Under the pieces are notes generated by a model that saw nothing but the letters and a program-made list of their open reading frames with translations, was not told the origin of the DNA and did not search any database. A stretch of DNA of 64,000 nt from a virus. Its lineage: Duplodnaviria > Caudoviricetes. Where the stretch lies: IMG/VR virus record IMGVR_UViG_2905639403_000004, positions 1 to 64,000 of that record; one strand, given 5' to 3'. A program made the translations under genes and the position numbers. Positions 27,961 through 37,779 of this stretch are shown one piece after another. Positions within the stretch are counted from its first letter, which is position 1; every line of letters begins with the position of its first letter.

Positions 27961-28196
27961 TTTTCTTTCTCGAATTTTCTACCACACATTGGACAATAAT
28001 TTATAGCAATTCCTCTTTGATAGACAATATCAGGTAAGCCAATACTAACAGTCAATTCATGCCCACTATCTTGCCGCATTAGTCCCACAAGAAGAAAACG
28101 TAAATGTTTATCTGCAAAGTTTGTCTCTTCATACATTTTAAGTTGCGAACTGTAAGCATACTTATCTCTAAATTTACAATATTCACATTCGCTCAT
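27957..28196 (-). CDS. Hypothetical Zn-finger protein
   Basis: CEYC and INYCPMCGR motifs. Confidence 0.7.
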   Translation of the reverse strand: MSECEYCKFRDKYAYSSQLKMYEETNFADKHLRFLLVGLMRQDSGHELTVSIGLPDIVYQRGIAINYCPMCGRKFEKEK

Positions 28197-28600
28197 TTTT
28201 CGTCCTCCAACTTGTGTAAGATGTTCATGCTATGAATGTGTGCCAGCGTATCATCAAGTTCCTCTTGCGAATGGATTAATGGAATGCTAAAGTGCGCGTC
28301 ATCTCCCTTGTATTCTTCTGGAATATGATGGCCAATGTCATATGCTGTGTGGCAACGACCATCCGGTGTACCATCTAACACGATGACTGCAATGTCATTT
28401 GACGGCTCCCATTCAACAATCATCAAGTTAGGAATCTTAAAGATTTCCCGTGCGTAATTGCAAAGCACGATATTGTACTTTCGGAAGTTTTCATGATCAT
28501 TGTCAACTAAGCAGTTACGCGTAACCATCGCCAACTGATATAGCCCCTGATTCCAGTCATAGTGGTCATGTGGCAATGCAAATGCTGCTGTTACTTTCAT
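28193..28600 (-). CDS. Hypothetical phage protein
   Basis: 135 aa ORF with GGAGG RBS. Confidence 0.65.
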   Translation of the reverse strand: MKVTAAFALPHDHYDWNQGLYQLAMVTRNCLVDNDHENFRKYNIVLCNYAREIFKIPNLMIVEWEPSNDIAVIVLDGTPDGRCHTAYDIGHHIPEEYKGDDAHFSIPLIHSQEELDDTLAHIHSMNILHKLEDEK

Positions 28601-28722
28601 TTTTCGTCCTCCTGTTTGATTGGCACTAGCTTGTAGTCCACATCTTCGTACATGACGCCTACGACCTTGCCAGTATTTTTGCTGATGTAGATGTCATCGA
28701 ACGTGTCGTCTCCTGTTTTCAT
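28597..28722 (-). CDS. Small hypothetical protein (41 aa, not in ORF track)
   Basis: Hand translation MKTGDDTFDDIYISKNTGKVVGVMYEDVDYKLVPIKQEDEK; ATGA overlaps on both sides. Confidence 0.65.
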   Translation of the reverse strand: MKTGDDTFDDIYISKNTGKVVGVMYEDVDYKLVPIKQEDEK

Positions 28723-29420
28723 TGATCGGCCTCCTTTTCCACTGCTAATTTCTGAATGACTTCGTTGTATCTTGCGGGTATCTCTGTTGATTCAATGTGA
28801 TTTTGTTCAGGTTCTAGCCATTGTCGAATATCAAATTCTTGTTCAACGTCTTTGCTATGCGGCATCACATTTACTGTGCTGAAATGCAAATAGTCGTCTT
28901 CATCGTTTTGAATGAAATATACTTGTCTAGCAGCACGTGTCAGGCTGTCACCATGAACAATTGTTGCGTTCATACCGCGAATGGCACAATTGAATATCAA
29001 AAACGGCAACGTACTATCGCCAAGCTCTTCCAGATGGTAAAAATACATGCTTGGCAGATAATCCCACGGCTTGTGCTTCAAACGGTCTTGTTGCCATCGT
29101 TGAATCATCATTGATCCAGTCCCAGCGGCAACCTCGTAATACTCGCTACTGTCATTCGATCCAACGAGCATGTTCACGAGCTTGCTAATGCTTTCAGGGG
29201 TGAAATCTTGTTTCTTGTCTTTGCGATCAGCTTGAACACTCATGAAATATTCTGAAAACCAGTCATGTGATACGTCTGTGCTGACATCTAGGAATTGTTT
29301 AAAAAGCTCGTTACGCTTTTGCTGATCCATGACAATGCCCATCAATGCTGATGGCGCCTGCTGTGCCTCACGAACACCAATCAGCTTGTGAACGATATCA
29401 GCCGTAAATTTTACTGACAT
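28719..29420 (-). CDS. N-6 DNA methylase-like SAM-binding protein without a visible NPPY motif
   Basis: QDFTPESI, EVAAGTGSM (motif I), NCAIRG and HGDSL motifs. Confidence 0.75.
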   Translation of the reverse strand: MSVKFTADIVHKLIGVREAQQAPSALMGIVMDQQKRNELFKQFLDVSTDVSHDWFSEYFMSVQADRKDKKQDFTPESISKLVNMLVGSNDSSEYYEVAAGTGSMMIQRWQQDRLKHKPWDYLPSMYFYHLEELGDSTLPFLIFNCAIRGMNATIVHGDSLTRAARQVYFIQNDEDDYLHFSTVNVMPHSKDVEQEFDIRQWLEPEQNHIESTEIPARYNEVIQKLAVEKEADQ

Positions 29421-29599
29421 ATTTCCTCTACTTTCTTGATAATCAGTGGTTCCGGAATATCGACTTTAATGTCATCACCACGGGTGTTGCGTGCCTTTTT
29501 GTGCTTGGCCATGTTCTCGTTAATCCAGCGGATACACCGAGATTGATACTTGGCTCGGTAATACTCGGTTCCTGTGTTTAATCCTGCTACTACGTACAT
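29411..29599 (-). CDS. Hypothetical phage protein
   Basis: MYVVAGLN start with GGAGG RBS. Confidence 0.6.
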   Translation of the reverse strand: MYVVAGLNTGTEYYRAKYQSRCIRWINENMAKHKKARNTRGDDIKVDIPEPLIIKKVEEICQ

Positions 29600-29916
29600 T
29601 TGTTTTCCTCCAATAGCTTCACAGCATCGTCTGCCGATCTGCATACGCCGTAAATTACCTTTGTTCCTGATATGGCGGCCGCAAAACGTTTTTGATCTTC
29701 ACGAAGTCTTCCTTTTTCGTTTTTGCATTCAACCAGTACAGCACGTCCGTCCGCCTTACGGACAGCCGTAATATCAGGCCACCCAGGCGGTGGTCCTGCG
29801 TTGAAAAGTCTTCCGTCCACAGTTCTTACAGTTCCCACGTTCGTTCTAGCAACAATGCAACCATGTTCCGATAGTGCCAGCATGATTTCTGATTGAATGG
29901 CATGCTCTGATTTCAT
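29590..29916 (-). CDS. VRR-NUC domain nuclease (Holliday junction resolvase-like)
   Basis: SEHAIQ, GWPDI, VECK...GRLREDQ motifs. Confidence 0.9.
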   Translation of the reverse strand: MKSEHAIQSEIMLALSEHGCIVARTNVGTVRTVDGRLFNAGPPPGWPDITAVRKADGRAVLVECKNEKGRLREDQKRFAAAISGTKVIYGVCRSADDAVKLLEENKCT

Positions 29917-29937
29917 GTATGCTCCTTTAATGTCGGA

Positions 29938-30172
29938 TGTGACGGATAATGTGACGGATGATTAGAATCATCTAGGCCTACTCTCGCAACGCTTCTAGTC
30001 TATTTGTGACGGATGTGACGGATGAATTGAAAAAATGAGTTTACACTATACTTTTTATATTTATCTATATATACTTTTTAACTATTCATCCGTCACAAGA
30101 AAGAAATATAGGCTAAAGCCTTACAGCCGTAAGGGTTGTCGATAAAATTCATCCGTCACACCATCCGTCACA
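29938..30172. repeat. Phage replication origin with iterons
   Basis: Four direct TGTGACGGA copies (29938, 29950, 30005, 30014) and three inverted CATCCGTCACA copies (30087, 30150, 30162) around an AT-rich core, just downstream of the primase gene. Confidence 0.8.
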
Positions 30173-30178
30173 CATCTT

Positions 30179-32479
30179 TCATATTTTTGCCCAATTTAAG
30201 CGCGGATCGGTTTTTTCTTTAATTCCTAAATACATCCGCCCGTTTCGCTTTCTAACGTATTCGAATTTCTTCTGCATTTCTGCACCAAACTTTTGCTTGC
30301 GCATCTTGTACTCACCCGATTTGTCACACCAGTCAACATATGTTTGGTAAAGCTGACCAGCGGCGGCCTGATAGCCGGGCCCTTTTTCACAGCAATCATT
30401 GATAAACAGTTCAAGAACATCCATTTCTGTTCGATACTCATTGCTTGCATCTTTCACACTCTGCGGCGGCTCTAATCCTTCGCGCTGCCACTTAAGTGCT
30501 CCATCAACTGCCCAATTTAGAATTCCGATCGATTCACGTTCTAGCTTGTATGTGAGTCTTTTGTCTACCTGATCCACTGGCACTTGATGAGTAAATGGAA
30601 TTAGCATCAATCTTCGCCAGATACCATCATCTGTTCCTCGAATAATTGGCTTGTGGTTAGTTGACAGCCAAAGCTTGAATTCTGGTTTGAATTCGAACTC
30701 TGATCCGTATAAAAAACGTGCGGTAACAGATTCTCCTCCGGTTAACTCTTTGATAAGTCCTTCATCTAGTCGGACGCCTTCATTTGGTTCACTTGCAGAT
30801 ACCAGACGAGCTCCCTTTAGTCTTGCAATATCGCTGTTGGCACCCCCGCTAGACTGCTGAACCATAATTGATTTGGCTTGCATCGTGCGTGAATAACTTC
30901 CAGCTATGTGCTTGAGAGTATCCATGAAAACAGATTTACCATTTCGCCCTGATCCATAAAGGATAAACATGACCTGCTCTTCAACTGATCCTGTTAATGA
31001 GTACCCGACCGCTTTTTGAATGTAGTCAATTAATTCGTTGTCTCCATTGAAAGTCTGATTCAAAAAAGCTTGCCATTCAGGACACTCAACAGTGTCTGAA
31101 TATTCAACGTTTGATTTCTTCGAGAACATTTTCTTGATGTCATGCTCGTGAAGAGTCCCATCAGATAAATCAATATATCCGTTGTCAACATTCATTAAGG
31201 TCTGATCAGCATCAAATTCATCAGTTGTCACCGGTAGACGATGTTGAATCTCATCTTCAAGCGCTCTTTTAGCACGATTTCCACGACTGGTTTTGCAAAA
31301 CTTTGCCCATTCCTTCTCAGCTTTTTCCGGATCAACATCAGGAGGAGTTTTTGGCTTTTCTTTTTTCAAGTCAGCAATTACTTCGTCAATCATGGTTCGC
31401 AATAAGCCACGCTTATCAAGTTCCCAGAAGCTACCATTGTAGATATACCAAGCCTTATCGATATAGCTGTACCTTGCGACATCACCATATCGATCAACAA
31501 ACCTATCTGCATTGCCTGTGTCATCCCACGAACGAGGAGGAAACGCTTTTGGCTTGCCAGTGTCAGTAATAAATCCAAGCTTGTATTTAGGCTTTTCATG
31601 TTTCGGCTGATAAGTGTCACGCACATCATTAATGGCTCGGTTGAGTGTTGAAACGCCGTAGGTTGTTTTTCCGTGCTTCTCGTCCCACTTTGGTCTCATT
31701 AACGATGAATGTCGGAATATACTGTCCATCCGGGTGAAATCTCTGCCTGTCCAAAATGCCAAGTCATTTGCGAATGCCAGATCAGCCTCCGATTGAGATG
31801 GATATAATGGTTCCCAGCCTCCGTTGAGCAGTTTCTTAATTCGATCACCACTTTTAGATTTCAGCATTTTAATGATGATCTCATCTTCAGAAAGATTGTT
31901 AGGTGCTAAATTGCACCTGCTGGGCAAATCGATGACGGTTTTTGGCTCCAACTACTTTGTATATATCCGTTTGAATTCCTCTTTTGATGGAGAATTGATT
32001 GAATGAAACTTGCCAATCTCATCGCCAGTCATTGCAAAGAACCGCCCGCTTTGATACATCTCAACATTAGATTTTCTTCGGCGTGTACCGGGTATTTCGC
32101 CTTTGACAATGATGTGAATACCAGCACCAGACATTGATCTTTCGGTATATGACTTGAAAGTATTCATGAACTCCCATGCGACATTGTCGTCGGTTTGTCC
32201 CTCTTCTAGTCTCTCCAAATCATCGCCAATATGATCAACGTCAATTCCTACATATCCGTTTGCAAAGAAAAATCCAAGTCCGTCAAGGTCATAAGCCTGT
32301 AATGCTGTGATTGCTTCTTCAAAAGTTACCCACTGTTTCGAGTCCGTTGAGCTTGTTTTTGTGCCAGTTAAGGCAGAATAAGGAATCTTAGTATATTTAT
32401 TTTTTTCTGGTTGCCAGATTCGGTGAAAGCAGCCCCATTGTTTTAGGGACCGTAGTTCTGCTGGAATGCGTTCATACAT
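30179..32479 (-). pseudogene. P4-family primase-helicase (NrS-1-like primpol + D5 helicase) interrupted by an in-frame TAG at 31952-31954
   Basis: GIDVD and ERSMSGAGIH primpol motifs, then ...RIYTK*LEPK... in the same frame, followed by SQSEAD, DTGNADRF and GSGRNGKS (Walker A). Confidence 0.85.
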
Positions 32480-32490
32480 TCTTAATCCTC

Positions 32491-33009
32491 CTAGAATGGC
32501 AAGTCGGAATCGCCAATTGGTTCATGAGGCTGACTTGGTTGAGAATCATCCTTAAATTTGTGCGCAACTTGTGGATACTTGCTAGCATGAACACTCCACG
32601 GGGCCACTGTGTTCCGATCACCATATTCAGGGCTTTTCTCAACTTTGACATAAACTCGTACAGGCTTGTGATAAATAGCTTTGCAGAAATCATCGATGCT
32701 ATTTAACGGAGTGCCTTCAGGGATCTTTGTCGCTTCCAATACATACTGGAGACCGTCCATATCGTATTGGTTCGTAGCTTTGCGCTTCCAGTTATCGAAA
32801 AAGACAACTCGGTTATGGTACTTTCCGTTCGTTTTTGGCTCTGCTGCATCAAGATCATTGCGAACCGTGAGACGTAGCTGTAGTGATTCTGATCCACCCT
32901 TGGTTGCAATTTCACCGGCCTGCGTAATGACCATTTCATATTCACCCTGTGGAAGTGGTGAAAAATCGTTTTCCTGATTCTTGCTATAATCTGCGGTAAT
33001 GAATGACAT
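32491..33009 (-). CDS. DUF669-family single-stranded DNA-binding-like protein
   Basis: PLPQGEYEMVI, VRND motifs; acidic DLPF C-terminus. Confidence 0.8.
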   Translation of the reverse strand: MSFITADYSKNQENDFSPLPQGEYEMVITQAGEIATKGGSESLQLRLTVRNDLDAAEPKTNGKYHNRVVFFDNWKRKATNQYDMDGLQYVLEATKIPEGTPLNSIDDFCKAIYHKPVRVYVKVEKSPEYGDRNTVAPWSVHASKYPQVAHKFKDDSQPSQPHEPIGDSDLPF

Positions 33010-33021
33010 ATTAGTTTCCTC

Positions 33022-33138
33022 CTAAAAAATTGTGTTCGGCAGCAATTCGGTTCCCGCACTTCTTGATGTAAAGCCGGTGCGCCCAATCATTTTAAGTTTT
33101 CCGAATGTTTTTACTTCATATTCAATGGCTCCACGCAT
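33022..33138 (-). pseudogene. Short ORF, possible homing-endonuclease N-terminal remnant (38 aa)
   Basis: Hand translation MRGAIEYEVKTFGKLKMIGRTG..., resembling the FGxLxVI motif of phage HNH proteins. Confidence 0.3.
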
Positions 33139-34515
33139 CTATGCTCGCTTCCTTTCCTTTAGCCATCCCCTGGCCACAATCTGGTGGTAAGCCCACCCAG
33201 GCTTATAGCCATGTGCTTTTGCAATTGCATACATGTCTTCGGGTGACTCGGCATCTTCGGCTTTCATTTGTCCATATTTTGTTTTTGAATAGTCCGCAAC
33301 TATTTTGAATACTTTCTTGTCTACCTTTTTTAACTTGGCTGTAGGATCAACTTCAAGATCAGCACCATCTGCTCTGAATGAATATCCGCAAAGTGGGCAT
33401 TGCTTAACCTGTGCAGGAACAATTCCGTAACATTTTGGACAGCTCTTGATCGCAGGTCCGTCTGATTTACCCCTGCGCTTTTCCTGCTTAGGTCTATCTT
33501 CAAGCGACCATTCACGGTCAGCATCAGGAAGACCAAAGCGATAAACGTTCGCAACGTGATCAATAATGATTGCCCTTTTGTTCGGCCTATAGCGCATTCC
33601 TCGCATCGATTGCTGAATAAACAACGTTAGCGAATCAGTTGGACGAAGCATAATAACTGTCTGACAATCTGGAACATCCACACCTTCGCCGTATAATTCT
33701 GCGTTAACGAGTATTTGTGTTTTACCCGATCGGAAGTTGACCATGGCTTCCTTCCGTTTTTCCGCTGGCGTCTTACCGTCCACTTGCTGAGCATGATATC
33801 CTGCACAATTAAATGCTTTGGCAATATCAATGCTCGCTTGGACGTTATGCGCATATACGATCGTTTTTGTGCCGTCTGCAACTGTTCGATAAGTCTTTAA
33901 TACATCTCCGAATACTGCTCGAATCTTAACTGCATCATCCATTGACTTGTTGGAATAATCGCCTGTAGATGTACGTTTCAATTTTTCAACATCAATCAAT
34001 GTTGGTGCATAATAATCAAATGGTGCTAGAAAATGGTTATTTATCAGCCAGTCGATCTGTGGACCGATAATTAAATCATCGTACACGTCCCCCAAACCCT
34101 TCCCTGACAGGCGGACAGGTGTTGCCGTGAAACCAACCAATGTTGCATTGTCGAAATGTCTAAATACTCGTTTGTAACTAGTAGCGAGAGAGTGGTGAGC
34201 TTCATCGCACAAAATTAGTTGTGGTGTTTTCATTTTTGCTATTCGTCTCGTAACAGTTTGAATCATGCCGATATCGCACAAGCTCATATTCACGCCCCAG
34301 TTATCAAACGTTCGTGTCACTTGTTGGATAATCTCTTGCCTGTGGACAACAAAAAGTACACGATTTCCCTTATCGGTAGCAGACTTTGCTATTTCTGCCA
34401 TTGTTATGGTCTTGCCTGATCCAGCTGGCGATTGCACTAGGACGTGCCTATGTCCGTTTAAAAGCGATTGCTTTGTCTTTTCAATTAACTTCGCTTGGTA
34501 TGGTCGAATGCCCAC
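33139..34515 (-). CDS. Superfamily 2 DEAH helicase with Zn ribbon
   Basis: RPYQ, PAGSGKT, DEAHH, TATP, EGVDVP, QQSMRGMR motifs. Confidence 0.92.
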   Translation of the reverse strand: MGIRPYQAKLIEKTKQSLLNGHRHVLVQSPAGSGKTITMAEIAKSATDKGNRVLFVVHRQEIIQQVTRTFDNWGVNMSLCDIGMIQTVTRRIAKMKTPQLILCDEAHHSLATSYKRVFRHFDNATLVGFTATPVRLSGKGLGDVYDDLIIGPQIDWLINNHFLAPFDYYAPTLIDVEKLKRTSTGDYSNKSMDDAVKIRAVFGDVLKTYRTVADGTKTIVYAHNVQASIDIAKAFNCAGYHAQQVDGKTPAEKRKEAMVNFRSGKTQILVNAELYGEGVDVPDCQTVIMLRPTDSLTLFIQQSMRGMRYRPNKRAIIIDHVANVYRFGLPDADREWSLEDRPKQEKRRGKSDGPAIKSCPKCYGIVPAQVKQCPLCGYSFRADGADLEVDPTAKLKKVDKKVFKIVADYSKTKYGQMKAEDAESPEDMYAIAKAHGYKPGWAYHQIVARGWLKERKRA

Positions 34516-35086
34516 GTCTATAGTTCCCCCTTCTTGCAGGAATAGTCACTGCAAGTACTGGATCCCATCCGCGCTCGATTCGAGATGAAATCAAACAATA
34601 TTTCTTTCCAGTAATGCTTGACCACTCTTTCATACTGTGGCTTTCTCCATTAATCGTGATGATTACAGGACGTGGATCTTTTCCAAATATTGCGTCCTCA
34701 GCCGAATATCCCCGAACAATTCGAGAACGGATGCAAGAAGCAGAATATGCTGATCTTTTAGCCCATTCCGAAGCAGTTTTGGTAACTCCTTGGCATAAAA
34801 TTGTGAAGTTATTACTTCTGTTATTCTGCTGAACCTTTTGGTTTACCCAGCGACAATTAGCAGGCTCGTAATTTCCGTCTACTTTTATGCGATCAATAGT
34901 TAGTCCCTTCTCATACCCAGATGCTTGTGCCCAGACGTTAAATGCTTGAAAATCGTGCATCCATTCACTACAAACACGAATTCCGCGAGCACCGTATCGA
35001 TAAAATTTGTGGTTATTTGGATTGTTGCACCGCTGTTTCATGGTGCTCCACACTCCGTACAAGGGGTTTTCTCTCACTCTGCTCAT
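34481..35086 (-). CDS. HNH-like homing endonuclease inserted between the recombinase and helicase genes
   Basis: WSTMKQRC, YGARGIRVC, TIDRI..GNYEPANCRW...QQNNR motifs. Confidence 0.82.
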   Translation of the reverse strand: MSRVRENPLYGVWSTMKQRCNNPNNHKFYRYGARGIRVCSEWMHDFQAFNVWAQASGYEKGLTIDRIKVDGNYEPANCRWVNQKVQQNNRSNNFTILCQGVTKTASEWAKRSAYSASCIRSRIVRGYSAEDAIFGKDPRPVIITINGESHSMKEWSSITGKKYCLISSRIERGWDPVLAVTIPARRGNYRRGHSTIPSEVN

Positions 35087-35771
35087 CACTGTCACCTCCA
35101 AACTTAAAGAGGTCCTCAATGGCGCACGCAGTTCGATCATCCAAACGATTTTTGGCAAAGATTGCATCTGAACCTGCAAGGATAACTCCTCGGTGGCTTG
35201 TCTTTGTGCTGATGACTACGCGTCCTACAACGTCCGTCAGGCCTAATAGCCCGTCACGCACGCTGTCACGAATTGCTGGTGCATACTGGCTGAACGATTG
35301 TCCGGTTTCGCTCGTAACATCTCGTGTGTTCTCCCAAGCGGTTACTAGCACGTTAACTGGTGCGTCCATGAAGATCATGGTCATGATACGAGCAAAGTAA
35401 TTTGTCCATCGTGAGTAGTCCTGAAGCTCGTTACCAATACCGTTTTTACTGTGCTTGCCCATCTCGACAAACCAGTCTTTTTCGAACGCTGATACGTTGT
35501 CGATCACCAGATTGTCATATCCGGAAACACGCTCAGCCAGATTTTTCAGGAACTCTTTCCATTCTTCGCTTGGCTTGCTTCGGTCAAATGGCTGCACATC
35601 GATGTTCGGTGCACCGGATAGCACTTTTGAACTGTCATCCAGATCTAGCACAAGTGTTTTGCCATCAAGATTGCGAATGGCTGATGTTTTGCCGACGCCA
35701 GGCTTTCCATAAATCAAAACTCGCCAGTTCTTTGTTCGATCAATTGCAGATGCATGTTTAATTGGCTGCAT
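35013..35771 (-). CDS. AAA_24 / Sak4-like phage NTP-binding recombinase
   Basis: LIYGKPGVGKT, LVIDN, TAWE and AKNRL motifs. Confidence 0.85.
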   Translation of the reverse strand: MQPIKHASAIDRTKNWRVLIYGKPGVGKTSAIRNLDGKTLVLDLDDSSKVLSGAPNIDVQPFDRSKPSEEWKEFLKNLAERVSGYDNLVIDNVSAFEKDWFVEMGKHSKNGIGNELQDYSRWTNYFARIMTMIFMDAPVNVLVTAWENTRDVTSETGQSFSQYAPAIRDSVRDGLLGLTDVVGRVVISTKTSHRGVILAGSDAIFAKNRLDDRTACAIEDLFKFGGDSDEQSERKPLVRSVEHHETAVQQSK

Positions 35772-35780
35772 GATTTCCTC

Positions 35781-36272
35781 CTACTTAATCAATAAATGCT
35801 CACCGCGTGGCTTAAGCTCCGCACCAAGCACTTTTTCTCCGGCTTCTAATCGTTCTCGAATCTTGTCTGTATCTGGTTCGCGTTTTATCTTGAATACATC
35901 AGCCTGCAAATTGTCTTGATCGATGTAAATTTGCTGTTTTCCGCCATTCTTAGCAACACTGATAGTGAATAGCGGTGTCTTGATTTTGCGTTGATTAGTT
36001 TCGTTCATTGCTTCAACCAACCGCTGTGAAATAGTACCGAGATTAGATTGATAAGCTTTAATCCGTGCTTCGAAACGGTCACGTTCTTTTTTGTTAGCTT
36101 CAATATCGGCCTTGATTTGGCGAATAACCTGTGCATATCCTTCGGCTTTGTCATTAATTGCATCCACGATTGAATCCATGGTGTCGGCCAATACTTCGGG
36201 ATCAGTTGTCCCGTCTTCAGCTAGTTCTAATAAACTCGCATATTTTCCTTGTAAGTCGTATAATGTTGACAT
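35781..36272 (-). CDS. Siphovirus Gp157-family protein
   Basis: MSTLYDL, KAEGY, KIKTPLFTISV and GAEL motifs. Confidence 0.88.
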   Translation of the reverse strand: MSTLYDLQGKYASLLELAEDGTTDPEVLADTMDSIVDAINDKAEGYAQVIRQIKADIEANKKERDRFEARIKAYQSNLGTISQRLVEAMNETNQRKIKTPLFTISVAKNGGKQQIYIDQDNLQADVFKIKREPDTDKIRERLEAGEKVLGAELKPRGEHLLIK

Positions 36273-36289
36273 AATAACTTTCCTTTCTA

Positions 36290-36496
36290 TCAGTCGTTGG
36301 CGTGCGGGCCAGCGGCTTTTTTCATAGCTTGTTTGATAATGAATAGGATTGCGTGTGCGCCATCTTCCTGACCCATGGCGTACGTTTGATGAGGGTCTGT
36401 GTTGTTCTGGCCATAATCAGTGGCAACCTTGTGATATTTGGCGATCTGGCGGTTCGCTTCGGCTAGAATTCGTTCGTATTCCTCATTAGTCATCAC
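36290..36496 (-). CDS. Hypothetical early protein
   Basis: ORF in the early operon. Confidence 0.6.
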   Translation of the reverse strand: MMTNEEYERILAEANRQIAKYHKVATDYGQNNTDPHQTYAMGQEDGAHAILFIIKQAMKKAAGPHAND

Positions 36497-36497
36497 G

Positions 36498-36650
36498 TCA
36501 TCCCCTTAGTTTTGCTAGCCGTGCACGCAGCTTCTCATTCTGGACAAGCAACATCTTTGCAATTGGTGTGTGGTTGCCACGAATGATGTCTAACGTCAAT
36601 TTGTTGTGATCTTTCAGCAAATCACCAATGGTACGTTCTGCTTCATTCAA
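36498..36650 (-). CDS. Small hypothetical early protein (50 aa, not in ORF track)
   Basis: TTG start with GGAGG RBS; MNEAERTIGDLLKDHNKL... Confidence 0.55.
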   Translation of the reverse strand: MNEAERTIGDLLKDHNKLTLDIIRGNHTPIAKMLLVQNEKLRARLAKLRG

Positions 36651-36731
36651 TCCACTGCCTCCAATTTCCGCTGTGGCCTAAGCAGTGACCAATGATCACG
36701 CCGAAGCCACCAGCAATTAGTAAATAACCAA

Positions 36732-37055
36732 TCATTTCTCCGCCCTCTTACTGATTTCTGGAAAGTGGCTCTGCACAAAATCGTCAAATGGAATTGGCTT
36801 GCATAAGTAGCTCGACTTTCCGCCATGTGGGTACATCACAATACGATCTCGAAGTTCGCGTTCATACGGAGAAAATACGTTCCGCTTAAACCATTCCTTG
36901 TCACGGTGATACCGGTTTTTCAGGTCTGTAACATCCCACCAGCGACGATAATCAGCGTCTCGCTTCAATTGCTCGTATCCTGAACGGTCAACGATTGTCT
37001 TGTCTTCAGGTAGCGTGATAGTGATTTCGGGGTTAATCTTCAATGTTGTTTCCAT
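36732..37055 (-). CDS. DUF771-like protein (possible excisionase/DNA-binding)
   Basis: WWDVTDL..R...W and YP..G..Y..F pattern; strong AGGAAAGGAGG RBS. Confidence 0.65.
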   Translation of the reverse strand: METTLKINPEITITLPEDKTIVDRSGYEQLKRDADYRRWWDVTDLKNRYHRDKEWFKRNVFSPYERELRDRIVMYPHGGKSSYLCKPIPFDDFVQSHFPEISKRAEK

Positions 37056-37153
37056 GGCATTTCCTCCTTTCCTACGATGCTTAATTTAAAATGATTGCGC
37101 TTCCTTTATTTGTGAGATAATAGAAATATCTCATGATGAAGGAGGCGAATTCC

Positions 37154-37291
37154 ATGTATCATACAGGCGATAAACCAGGTACCGGTAATTACAGATGTAT
37201 CAACTGCGGTGAGATCATCACTCTCGACCAGTCAACGGACACGCTTCCACCGTGCCCATCTTGTAACGGAACCAACTGGATAAAGCTTTAA
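37154..37291 (+). CDS. Small Zn-ribbon protein, antisense to the early operon (45 aa, not in ORF track)
   Basis: Hand translation MYHTGDKPGTGNYRCINCGEIITLDQSTDTLPPCPSCNGTNWIKL; AAGGAGG RBS; TGaGATAAT upstream. Confidence 0.8.
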   Translation: MYHTGDKPGTGNYRCINCGEIITLDQSTDTLPPCPSCNGTNWIKL

Positions 37292-37308
37292 ATCTTTGAC
37301 GAGGTGGC

Positions 37309-37422
37309 TTAGGCCACCTTTTTGTGTTTGATGAACATGCATTTACCGAAAATCATGATCCAACGGCACGTAAACTTGCCTTCATCGTTCGAATAGTTTG
37401 TCTTGAAAAATCCTGTTTTCAT
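37309..37422 (-). CDS. Small hypothetical protein (37 aa)
   Basis: MKTGFFKTNYS... with AGGAAAGGAGG RBS. Confidence 0.5.
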   Translation of the reverse strand: MKTGFFKTNYSNDEGKFTCRWIMIFGKCMFIKHKKVA

Positions 37423-37486
37423 TACATTTCCTCCTTTCCTGTGATCGCCTCCTGACGGATAATGAAACCGAAAGGAGGTGATTATT

Positions 37487-37672
37487 TTGGAGCCTAAAAA
37501 GATTGATGATGCTCTGCAACGGGCAGTCGACAAGCTTGAGCCAGAACTCAACGTCACTATTCATGCTAGTGACGTTATTGACGCTGTTTCTGAGTCCAAT
37601 AAGGACAGCAAAAGTTTCTCAATTCGTTTAATTCAGGAAACCCTGCACGAACTTTTTGATGATCGCAATTAA
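37487..37672 (+). CDS. Small hypothetical protein, antisense to the early operon
   Basis: AAAGGAGG RBS before a TTG start. Confidence 0.6.
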   Translation: MEPKKIDDALQRAVDKLEPELNVTIHASDVIDAVSESNKDSKSFSIRLIQETLHELFDDRN

Positions 37673-37779
37673 TCGCTTGTGATGGCCGTTAATTACGATG
37701 TTGGTACTCATGCCTGCTGAAATCCTAGAGTGCTCATTGGTGTCGCTGGCATTAATGGGCATTTTTTTATTGCGTTCGT

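Noticed and set aside
29938-30172. Short repeats as a CRISPR array
   Set aside because: 9-11-bp iterons in both orientations with irregular spacing next to the primase gene; fits a phage origin; no cas genes in the window
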